Origin: Gemmatimonadaceae bacterium
GTDB lineage: Bacteria; Gemmatimonadota; Gemmatimonadetes; Gemmatimonadales; Gemmatimonadaceae
NCBI GenBank assembly: GCA_051005015.1
Contig: JBPCJT010000243.1
Coordinates: 1-42,850, forward strand
Length of the DNA stretch: 42,850 nucleotides
Direction: 5' to 3'
The notes beneath the pieces were generated by a model. That model saw only the letters and a list, made by a program, of their open reading frames with translations, did not search any database and had not been told where the DNA came from. Below are positions 16,698 through 24,273 of the stretch, piece after piece. Made by a program: the position numbers and the translations under genes. The stretch's first letter is position 1; the number at the start of each line of letters is the position of its first letter.

Positions 16698-17765
16698 TTC
16701 AAAGGCAAAAATATCCTCCAGCGGTGCTGCGGCCACGCGGCCAGGTTTTGTCTCGGCTAAATGAGGTGGGCCAATCTCGATGACGCTCCGCACCTGATAA
16801 ACGATCTCGGCCGGCTCCTCGAAGTCTATGGAAATGATTTTCGCCTGCACCATGTGGCCGTCCCGAAAATTCAGTCGTACTTCCTTACCGCGCTGCCGCG
16901 CAAGCCGCTGCAGATGAATAATTCCCGGTGATTTGTAGCGGTAGCAACCTACTGCGCGATCGAGCCATTGCTCGATTTCTTCCGCGGGATGCTCCCAGCC
17001 TGGTTCCCACATAATGAAGTGCGCATGGCCGAGATACTGGTGAAAGGCAGCGCCGTACTTCCGAGCAACGCGACGGGCGACACGTGCAGTCACAAACCTG
17101 TCGTCCGTTGCGGAGACGACGAGCATTGGGCACCTGACGCGGGCTTCGTCCACGCGAACGCCGAGGAGAATATCCAACCCAGCGCGTCCGCTGTCAGGAA
17201 CGAAGCGCGCGTGTAGCGAAGCGACCTCGTCGCTCGGTATGCAGTTGAGCGTCAGCGCCCGATCATCTGCCAGGGTTCCCATAATGGGGCATGAACGCAA
17301 CAATGTTGGCAGGTATCTGATCTGGCGAAGCAACAGCGTCGCACCGATGAGAGGAATGCCCCGCGGCGGCGCCGGTCCGAGCAGCACGGCCGCGCGCACT
17401 GCGTCCGCCTCCGCCAGCTTCTGCGCGATCAGTCCCCCCATCGAATGCCCTACGACGATGGGTCTATAGTCAGAATCGTGAGTTGTCAGCTTGAGGGACG
17501 TCAGCCAATTGGCCGCCTCGAGGGCGTCTTCCACATAGTCCAGAAAGCGCACGGAGCCGATGTCTCGTACGGGACGACTGCCGTGATGGCCGCGCAGGTC
17601 GAGCGCGTATGTCGGATATCCAAGCGCCGAGAAGAAACCCTGGTACTTCTCGAAGTACCAGGCGCCGCCGAGGAATCCATGAACGAAGAGAATTGGCGGC
17701 CGCTGAGCAGTTCTCGGCTGTTCAGAGAAGATGTTCAAACCGTTTAGAGTCAGCACCTCAGCCAT
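16680..17765 (-). CDS. alpha/beta hydrolase with a C-terminal extension of about 95 aa
   Basis: ILFVHGFLGG, nucleophile elbow GHSMGG, and a late GHAHF. The ATG at 17765 (MAEVLTLNG) has GGAAGG upstream. The last ~95 residues (KSPGIIHLQRLARQRGKEVRLNFRDGHMVQAKIISIDFEE...) lie outside the hydrolase fold. Confidence 0.85.
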   Translation of the reverse strand: MAEVLTLNGLNIFSEQPRTAQRPPILFVHGFLGGAWYFEKYQGFFSALGYPTYALDLRGHHGSRPVRDIGSVRFLDYVEDALEAANWLTSLKLTTHDSDYRPIVVGHSMGGLIAQKLAEADAVRAAVLLGPAPPRGIPLIGATLLLRQIRYLPTLLRSCPIMGTLADDRALTLNCIPSDEVASLHARFVPDSGRAGLDILLGVRVDEARVRCPMLVVSATDDRFVTARVARRVARKYGAAFHQYLGHAHFIMWEPGWEHPAEEIEQWLDRAVGCYRYKSPGIIHLQRLARQRGKEVRLNFRDGHMVQAKIISIDFEEPAEIVYQVRSVIEIGPPHLAETKPGRVAAAPLEDIFAFEVNGER

Positions 17766-18055
17766 GGGGCCTTCCGTATTGAGCCGGTGGTACACGCTCG
17801 GTGCAGTCCTTTTTTGAGGAAGCCGCTTTCCGGTATCCGCATTATGGCGACGCGATTCCGACGGTGGAAGATTCACAAGCGTAACGTGGCGTCAAGCCCG
17901 CGTTTCGCATGGGTGCGTTGCTCTTGACCGCCTATGTAGGTATCCTAACCTTCGTTCGGGGGTCGCAAGCGCTGTGCGACAGGGTGTTCGTAGATCGCAT
18001 CCACCTGAAACCGTCAAGCCGTCGTTCAGTCTTCTCTTTATCCGGAGTCTTGAAT

Positions 18056-20905
18056 ATGGCCCCTTGTCCATTCGTATTGCGACACCGGCCAGTACCGCGT
18101 CGCACTGGAAGTCTCGCTGCTGCTCGCCTTTGTCGAGCCGCCATAACCCTGACATTTGTGCTCCTGGCAGCGGCACTCGAGGCGCAGACAGGCAGCGTTA
18201 CGGGTCGTGTCACCGACGCGGAGTCCGGCCAACCCATTTCGGACGTGCAGGTCCGGGTTACCGGAACATTGCAGGGAGCGCTTACGCGTAGCGACGGCTC
18301 GTATAGGCTTCAGGTGGTGCCGGGCAGATTCGCCATCCGCGCATATCGCGTTGGCTACAGCGCTCGAACCGACTCGGTCACCGTTACCGGGGGAGGGATC
18401 GTCACCCAGAATTTCAGCCTTCCGCGCGCCCCGATCAATCTCGATCAGGTTGTGGTTACCGGCACTCGTGCATCGGATCGGACCGTTCTCGACGCTCCAG
18501 TCCCGATAGACGTGCTCTCATCCGCGGATATTAGGCAGACAGGCCTTACGGAAACCAGCCAGGTGCTTCAGATGCTGGCGCCGTCGCTAAACTTCCCACG
18601 GCCGACAGTAAACGACGGGACGGACCACGTGCGTCCCGCAACCCTTCGTGGTCTCGGTCCCGATCAGACGCTGGTCCTCATTAACGGCAAACGTCGGCAC
18701 ACCACTGCCCTTGTGCACGTCAACCAGACCGTTGGCCGGGGATCGACGAGCGTAGACCTGAACGCAATTCCGGTGAGTGCCATAGAGCGAATCGAGATTC
18801 TCAGAGATGGCGCGGCGGCGCAGTACGGCTCCGACGCTATAGCTGGTGTGATCAACATCATCCTTAAGTCGGAACAGCAGACCAGCATCTCGGGCACGGT
18901 AGGTCAGGTGCGGACCACCCCCGACGGCGGCGGCGATTACAGGGACGGTGAGCTGGTACAGGTTGATGCGAACTTCGGCCGCGCGTTCCGCGGTGATGGG
19001 TTCTTTCACGTAGCCGGCGAGTTCAGAGACCGCGATCGCACGAACCGCGCGCGGGCAGACACGACGGTGCAGTGCTTCACTACCGACCCCAATTGCAGCG
19101 AGCTGCCTGACGGTACGGACATCTACGATGAAAGGGTGCGTCAGAGCTGGCAGGGGGACTCCGAGTCGCGTGACTGGACGTTCTTTCTGAACAGCGAGAT
19201 CCCATTGGAGTCGGGAGTCAAGCTATACGGCTTTGGCGGCTTCGGGATGCGCGATGGACTGTCGGCCGGCTTTTTCCGGAGGCCCACCGACGATCGCACT
19301 ATTCGCAATCCCGCTTTTTACCCGAACGGATTTCTGCCTCTCATCCAGAGTGACATCAAGGACTATTCCGGCGCCATAGGTGCGAAGGGCAATTACCGCG
19401 GTTGGGGCTGGAACCTCGGTGGAGTGTACGGCGGCAACTCCTTCGAGTTCAGCCTCGAACAGAGCGCAAACGTCTCGCTGGGTTTATCGAGCCCAAAAAC
19501 GTTTTACGCCGGCGCGCTGCGTGATAATCAGGGGACAATCAATCTGGATCTGGTCAGACCATTCACAACAGTCTTCATGGGTCCGTTGAACGTGGCCATT
19601 GGAGCGGAACTCCGGAGGGACGGCTACAAGCTCGAGCGCGGTGATGTGAACTCCTTCGCGGTTGGAGATCAGACTATCCTCGACGGACCGCGCGCGGGCC
19701 GGCCGGCTCCGCCCTTTTCGCAGGTATTTCCCGGCTTCAGACCGGTTGATGAAGTGGACGACTCGAGGACGAACGTTGGTGCTTACGTCGACGTGGAGGC
19801 CACGCCAATCGAACGGCTTCTGGTAGCAGTGGCTGGCCGCGTCGAGAACTACAGTGACTTCGGCTCCACCGTGGATGGCAAGCTTGCGGCGCGTCTCGAC
19901 ATCGTCACGGGCCTCGCCCTGCGAGGAGCAGTGCAAACCGGTTTTCGGGCGCCGTCCCTCGCACAGTCCAACTTTTCCTCGGTGGCAACCAACTTCGTCC
20001 TTATCAACGGCGTCAACACCCCGTTCGAGATCAGAACCTTCGCCGTCGGAAGTCCTGGAGCAAGGCTTCTGGGTGCGAAGGATCTGGAGCCGGAGGAGTC
20101 CGTGAATCTGAGTGCCGGGGTGACGCTGCAACCGATCAGTAATTTTTCGCTGTCCGCGGACTATTACAACGTCGACATCGATGACCGCATTGTTCTATCG
20201 GGCAACTTCATTGACGCGTCCGTGCGCACGCTCCTGGAAAACAACGGGATTCCAGGTGTGGCCGGAGCACGCTACTTCACCAACGCGATCGATACGCGCA
20301 CGAAGGGCGTCGACGTTGTTCTCAACTACGGCATGGAGCTCGAACAAGCGGGCCTTCTCCGTTTCACGGGCGGGTTCAACCACAACGAGACATCGGTCAC
20401 GCGCGTGTCGGATACCCCCCCACAACTCGCGGCTGTGAGCACAGCCCTGTTCGACCGCGTTCAACGGAACCTTATTGAGCGCGGCCAACCCAGGAACAGC
20501 GTCAGTCTGACCCTGAATCACGTGATCAAGAGCTTCGCGACGAATCTGCACACCAGCCGATTCGGAGAGATCACGATCTACCAGTCCGTGACGGCGACGG
20601 CGGCGGACCCGAACGCACCCAAAGACCCCACATTCCGCGAAAACCTGGATCAGAGGTTTGGCGCCAAGTGGGTCACCGATCTGGCTTTCTCGTACCGCTT
20701 CTTCGACAGGCTGGGCCTCACTGTTGGCGCGAACAATGTCTTCGACGTGTATCCTGATACGGTCATCACGCCAAACACGACGCGCGGTATTTATCGGTAC
20801 AGCAACTCTGTTCCCTTCGGGTTCAACGGGAGGTATCTCTACGTACGCGCCTCATACGACTTGACGAACGTATTCGGGCGGTACAGGCGCGAAGAGCGGG
20901 AATAA
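18056..20905 (+). CDS. TonB-dependent receptor with N-terminal carboxypeptidase-regulatory-like domain
   Basis: Signal peptide ending LAAALEAQ. CarboxypepD_reg-like segment GSVTGRVTDAESGQPISDVQVRVTGT...SDGSYRL. Plug segment LDQVVVTGTRA......DAPVPIDVLS..DI...G and NGKRRH. A long beta-barrel follows. The ATG at 18056 is preferred over the track start at 17909. Confidence 0.9.
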   Translation: MAPCPFVLRHRPVPRRTGSLAAARLCRAAITLTFVLLAAALEAQTGSVTGRVTDAESGQPISDVQVRVTGTLQGALTRSDGSYRLQVVPGRFAIRAYRVGYSARTDSVTVTGGGIVTQNFSLPRAPINLDQVVVTGTRASDRTVLDAPVPIDVLSSADIRQTGLTETSQVLQMLAPSLNFPRPTVNDGTDHVRPATLRGLGPDQTLVLINGKRRHTTALVHVNQTVGRGSTSVDLNAIPVSAIERIEILRDGAAAQYGSDAIAGVINIILKSEQQTSISGTVGQVRTTPDGGGDYRDGELVQVDANFGRAFRGDGFFHVAGEFRDRDRTNRARADTTVQCFTTDPNCSELPDGTDIYDERVRQSWQGDSESRDWTFFLNSEIPLESGVKLYGFGGFGMRDGLSAGFFRRPTDDRTIRNPAFYPNGFLPLIQSDIKDYSGAIGAKGNYRGWGWNLGGVYGGNSFEFSLEQSANVSLGLSSPKTFYAGALRDNQGTINLDLVRPFTTVFMGPLNVAIGAELRRDGYKLERGDVNSFAVGDQTILDGPRAGRPAPPFSQVFPGFRPVDEVDDSRTNVGAYVDVEATPIERLLVAVAGRVENYSDFGSTVDGKLAARLDIVTGLALRGAVQTGFRAPSLAQSNFSSVATNFVLINGVNTPFEIRTFAVGSPGARLLGAKDLEPEESVNLSAGVTLQPISNFSLSADYYNVDIDDRIVLSGNFIDASVRTLLENNGIPGVAGARYFTNAIDTRTKGVDVVLNYGMELEQAGLLRFTGGFNHNETSVTRVSDTPPQLAAVSTALFDRVQRNLIERGQPRNSVSLTLNHVIKSFATNLHTSRFGEITIYQSVTATAADPNAPKDPTFRENLDQRFGAKWVTDLAFSYRFFDRLGLTVGANNVFDVYPDTVITPNTTRGIYRYSNSVPFGFNGRYLYVRASYDLTNVFGRYRREERE

Positions 20906-21079
20906 AGCGCCGTAGTTGCGCCGGCAATTGAAGCATGGTGCCAAACCGCGTCGGTAACTCCGGCGCGACGCGAACGCCAGCATAAGGGGCAAGTACGGAA
21001 GGAATTGGGCGGCTACGCGATGAACCTGGCGCGGAGTCGCTCTTTCCTCGACTCAACACGCCTGGCCCAGGAGCAGAGA

Positions 21080-21409
21080 ATGGTTCCCGTCATGGGAGGA
21101 TACCGCAGGCATATCCTCGTGTGCACGGGAGCATTCTGCTCGCCCGACCGACGCGGCGCGCAGCTGTATGCGTTGCTGCCGCAGCTCCTTCAGGACGCTG
21201 ACCTTCTGTTCGGAGAGAGCAGGGTCAAACGCGGCGAAACCCCATGCCTTGGCGTCTGCGCAAGCGGGCCGATAGTCGTCGTTTATCCGGAGGGCGTATG
21301 GTACGCCTCCGTAACCCCCGCGCTACTCGAACGCATCGTGAACGAGCATCTAAAGTCGGGGAAGGTGGTTGAAGAGGCGGTGTTTTACAGGATGAGGACT
21401 GGTGAGTAG
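21080..21409 (+). CDS. thioredoxin-like [2Fe-2S] ferredoxin (second copy)
   Basis: GGYRRHILVCTGAFCS...PCLGVCASGPIVVVYPEGVWY. GGAG lies 6 nt upstream of the ATG at 21080. The ATG at 21092 is an alternative start. Confidence 0.8.
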   Translation: MVPVMGGYRRHILVCTGAFCSPDRRGAQLYALLPQLLQDADLLFGESRVKRGETPCLGVCASGPIVVVYPEGVWYASVTPALLERIVNEHLKSGKVVEEAVFYRMRTGE

Positions 21410-21435
21410 GTGCGACCCGTGGTCCCCTTGTCTCT

Positions 21436-22311
21436 TCACCTGGGCATTTCAGTCTGTCCTTCCGCGCCCCTGCTCCCGAGTCCTGCTATCGCTTCCAATT
21501 TCGCCACGCGCTCCGCCGTTGGAGGATGCGTCGAGAAGAGTTTGGCGACGCCGCCGCCGTGGGCCGCGAGCGGATTCACGAGCGCCAGAGGGGCGGCGGC
21601 CGGTGATACGTGCATCGGAATGCGATGCGACGCGTCGTCCAGCTTCTTGAGCGCACTCGCGAGACTCAAAGGCCGACCGCTTATCTCCGCACCCACCGCA
21701 TCAGCCTTGAACTCGCGCTGACGGCTGATCGCGAACTGGATCAGCATCGCACCGATCGGCGCGAGAATCATGAGCAGAATGGCCGCGATGGGGTTGCTGT
21801 CGCCATCGTCATCGCGTCCGCCGAAAAACATCCCGAAATACGCGAGGTTGCTTATCGCACCGGCCATCGTAGCTGCTACGGTCTGCAGCAGCATGTCACG
21901 GTTCTTGATGTGCGCAAGCTCGTGCGCGATGACCCCTTCCGCTTCCTCGCGGTCCAGGATGCGCATGAGTCCCTCCGTCACACAGACCACCGCGTGCTTC
22001 GCGTCGCGTCCCGTGGCAAACGCGTTCGGCTGTTCGTGCGGTGCAATGGCGACGGTTGGCATTGGAAGACCGGCCCGCTGCCGGAGACGGTCAACCATCG
22101 CGAACAGTTCGGGTGCCGCCGCGGCATCGACTATTTTCGCTCGATACATGCGGAGAACCATCTTGTCCGACGCGAAATACATGAAGAAGTTCATCCCCGC
22201 GGCCATGATAAAAGCCATCATCATTCCACTCTGGCCGCCGAAATACCCGCCTATGGCGATCATAAGGCAGGTGGGGCCGGCCAACAGTATGAAAACCTTG
22301 ATTCTGCTCAT
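21436..22311 (-). CDS. htpX: zinc metalloprotease HtpX (peptidase M48)
   Basis: HELAHIKNRD zinc motif, four hydrophobic segments, and the EF.AD motif (REFKADAVGA). Confidence 0.92.
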   Translation of the reverse strand: MSRIKVFILLAGPTCLMIAIGGYFGGQSGMMMAFIMAAGMNFFMYFASDKMVLRMYRAKIVDAAAAPELFAMVDRLRQRAGLPMPTVAIAPHEQPNAFATGRDAKHAVVCVTEGLMRILDREEAEGVIAHELAHIKNRDMLLQTVAATMAGAISNLAYFGMFFGGRDDDGDSNPIAAILLMILAPIGAMLIQFAISRQREFKADAVGAEISGRPLSLASALKKLDDASHRIPMHVSPAAAPLALVNPLAAHGGGVAKLFSTHPPTAERVAKLEAIAGLGSRGAEGQTEMPR

Positions 22312-22469
22312 TGCTTCCTCCTTGCTGACAGTCGCCGCTCGGCTCCAGCGCGTTCGATAAGGATATTATACACGAATTGGTGGCAAGGGGTCGCGCGCGG
22401 GAGGAGGGAGGCGCTTCGCGGGCGGCGAGGGCTAATCCGATGACGTATTTGTCGGGCGCAAGTCATTGC

Positions 22470-22565
22470 CGTCTCCACGTCTCCCGCCTTCACGCCTTCC
22501 GTCTCTCGCCTCCAACGCTTCCCGCCTCCACGCCTCCCACCTCCCGCCTCCCGCCTCCCGCCTCC
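22470..22565. repeat. 13-unit CG-initiated pyrimidine array (units CGYCTYC, 7-9 nt); the complement is a run of GGAGG motifs
   Basis: Units are cgtctcca cgtctcc cgccttca cgccttc cgtctct cgcctccaa cgcttcc cgcctcca cgcctcc cacctcc cgcctcc cgcctcc cgcctcc. The array lies between divergent htpX and the 22583 gene. It is followed by TATATT (22567..22572) 10 nt before the ATG. Confidence 0.8.
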
Positions 22566-22582
22566 CTATATTCCACTCCCTC

Positions 22583-22897
22583 ATGCCGAACCCCTTCAAC
22601 CTCGATCCGCGCCGCCTCGCTCTCGGAGCTGCCAAGCGTTATCTCCTGGACGATCGCCCACCTGGCTCGGCGGCAGACAAACCGCCGCGCCTGACTCCCG
22701 AAGCCCTTTCACACACAAAAATGTCCCGTTCTCGCGAGCGTATTCTCGCCAATCTCGACGATATGTTCGGAGAGGCGTTCGAGCGCGCCAAAGCCGCCGG
22801 CGACGACGCGCAGATGCAAACCCTCGACTTCGCGTACAGGCGCGAGCAACTCTACCTGGAGATCCTCCTGGACATTCGCGATGCGGTAGAAAAGTGA
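22583..22897 (+). CDS. hypothetical protein (104 aa)
   Basis: An in-frame ATG follows the pyrimidine array (MPNPFNLDPRRLALGAAKRYLL...). The C-terminal half is helical and charged. I recognise no family. Confidence 0.5.
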   Translation: MPNPFNLDPRRLALGAAKRYLLDDRPPGSAADKPPRLTPEALSHTKMSRSRERILANLDDMFGEAFERAKAAGDDAQMQTLDFAYRREQLYLEILLDIRDAVEK

Positions 22898-22915
22898 ACA
22901 CTGATCACGGTTCAC
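22894..22915. terminator. short hairpin GTGAAC-actgatcacg-GTTCAC shared by two convergent genes, with both TGA stops inside the stem arms
   Basis: The plus-strand gene stop TGA is at 22895..22897, and the TerC stop (tca on plus) is at 22912..22914. The stem is 6 bp. The motif belongs to the same GTGAACA/TGATCA family as 4700 and 16581. Confidence 0.5.
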
Positions 22916-23910
22916 AGCTTCTTTCCGGTGGATCGTCGCCGTGGCAGTGCGCCAAAGAGTGATCCCGTCTTACCCTCTATCTCGTGCCCATCCAGTTCGG
23001 CTGCGGCAGGGTAGAGGAGTGAGAGGCCGATCGACAGCGCGAGCACCAAAAGGATCACCCCGAGAGAAACGAAAATCGGAATTACGTACAGTTCGGCGAT
23101 AACCATCTTGATTCCGACGAATGTAAGAATTACCGCCAGGCCGTACTTGAGCAGGTGAAATTTGTCCACCATTCCCGCCAGCAGGAAATACAGCGAGCGG
23201 AGCCCGAGAATGGCGAATATGTTGGATGTGTACACCAGGAAAGGATCGGACGTGATGGCGAAGATCGCGGGAATGGAATCCACGGCGAAAATGAGGTCGG
23301 TGAACTCAACCATGATCAGCACGAGAAATAGCGGGGTGCCGACGCGAGCGCCGTTCCTGACAGTGAAAAATTTCTGTCCGTCATATTCGTCAGTGAACGG
23401 GAGGTAGCGTCGTGCCAGTCGCAGAAGCCGGTTCCGCTCGGCGTCGAACTCCTCGTCCTGCCTCAACGCCATTCCGATGCCCGTGTAGATGAGGAGCGCG
23501 CCGAACACGTAGATGATCCAGTGAAATTTGGCGAGCAGAAGCGCGCCAAGTCCGATGAAAATTCCACGCATCACGAGCGCCCCGACGATACCCCAGAACA
23601 GTACGCGGTGCTGAAACTCCGATGGGACGCCGAAGTACGCGAAGATCATCACGATCACGAAGATGTTGTCGACGCTGAGCGACTGCTCGATCACGTAACC
23701 GGTGAGAAACGTCAGGGCTACGTGCGACCCCTCGAGGTACAAGAGCCCAGCCGCGAACAGCAACGCCAGGGACGCCCACACTGCTGTCCATGTCGCTGCT
23801 TCCCTTGGCTTTATGACGTGCGCCTTTCGGTGAAATACTCCCAGATCGAGAGCCAGCATTCCAAGCACGAACGCATTGAACGCGATCCAGAACCATGGTT
23901 TGGTTTCCAA
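22912..23910 (-). CDS. TerC/Alx family integral membrane protein
   Basis: TerC signature EQSLSVDNIFVIVMIF and a second repeat EFTDLIFAVDSIPAIFAIT, with many TM segments. The start codon is TTG at 23910. Confidence 0.9.
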   Translation of the reverse strand: METKPWFWIAFNAFVLGMLALDLGVFHRKAHVIKPREAATWTAVWASLALLFAAGLLYLEGSHVALTFLTGYVIEQSLSVDNIFVIVMIFAYFGVPSEFQHRVLFWGIVGALVMRGIFIGLGALLLAKFHWIIYVFGALLIYTGIGMALRQDEEFDAERNRLLRLARRYLPFTDEYDGQKFFTVRNGARVGTPLFLVLIMVEFTDLIFAVDSIPAIFAITSDPFLVYTSNIFAILGLRSLYFLLAGMVDKFHLLKYGLAVILTFVGIKMVIAELYVIPIFVSLGVILLVLALSIGLSLLYPAAAELDGHEIEGKTGSLFGALPRRRSTGKKL

Positions 23911-23933
23911 GTCTGCCTCGGCTATCGCTTCGT

Positions 23934-23979
23934 AAAAAAAGACGAGACCCTACGGCACTCATGTGTCCGTAGTGGTCTC
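23934..23979 (-). terminator. intrinsic terminator (expression platform of the Mn2+ riboswitch)
   Basis: The minus strand reads GAGACCACTACGG-acacatgagtg-CCGTAGGGTCTC, then gtcTTTTTTT. This is a 12-bp stem with one bulge followed by T7 (A7 at 23934..23940 on plus). Confidence 0.75.
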
Positions 23980-24090
23980 GCCTCGTGAGCCGGCCAACCG
24001 GGTGCGCCGCTGACGCTCCGTATTGACGATTGACCGCGCCGGCTTAGAATCGCCGGCAGGCTACTCCCCACCTGCGCGTAGTTTCGCCAG
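23934..24090 (-). promoter_or_regulatory. yybP-ykoY (Mn2+) riboswitch upstream of the TerC gene
   Basis: The minus strand reads ...gcgcaggtGGGGAGTAGcctgccggcgattctaagccggcgcgGTCAATcGTCAATAcggagcgtcagcggcgcacccggttggccggctcacgaggcGAGACCactacgg.... The hallmark GGGGAGUAG lies at 24069..24061, together with a UCAAUAC-type segment and a closing GAGACC. It sits directly 5' of a TerC gene, a classic regulon member. The aptamer 3' strand overlaps the terminator 5' arm. Confidence 0.8.
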
Positions 24091-24120
24091 GCGAAGGTAT
24101 TAGAGCAAGGGGGTCGAGGG

Positions 24121-24207
24121 GATTGCGGATTGCGGATTGCGAAGCACAGGCCAGTTGCGAACTGCGTCCGCAAATGCGAGCTGCAAGTTCCTGGTTCCTG
24201 GTTCCTG
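24121..24207. repeat. composite heptamer arrays: (GATTGCG)x3, a degenerate GCGAACT/GCGAGCT stretch, then (GTTCCTG)x3
   Basis: 24121..24141 reads gattgcg gattgcg gattgcg. 24153..24186 reads agttgcgaactgcgtccgcaaatgcgagctgcaa. 24187..24207 reads gttcctg gttcctg gttcctg. Confidence 0.8.
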
Positions 24208-24273
24208 GTGTACTGTTGCATTCAAAATACGACTCTGGTTCCTTTCTCGGTCACGGGTCACTCCAATTCCCGC

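Noticed and set aside
17766-18055. A possible cobalamin or TPP riboswitch upstream of the TonB-dependent receptor, and likewise upstream of the PduO-type gene (3043..3320).
   Set aside because: I found no B12 box (AGYCMGGAGACCKGCC-like), no GCCACUG element and no TPP CUGAGA / ACCUGAUCUGGAUAAUGCCAGCG core on either strand.
22470-22565. The heptamer arrays (also at 5824, 24121, 31875 and elsewhere) considered as CRISPR arrays.
   Set aside because: The period is 7-9 nt with no unique spacers between repeats, and no cas genes are present. They are tandem micro- or minisatellite-like arrays, not CRISPR.
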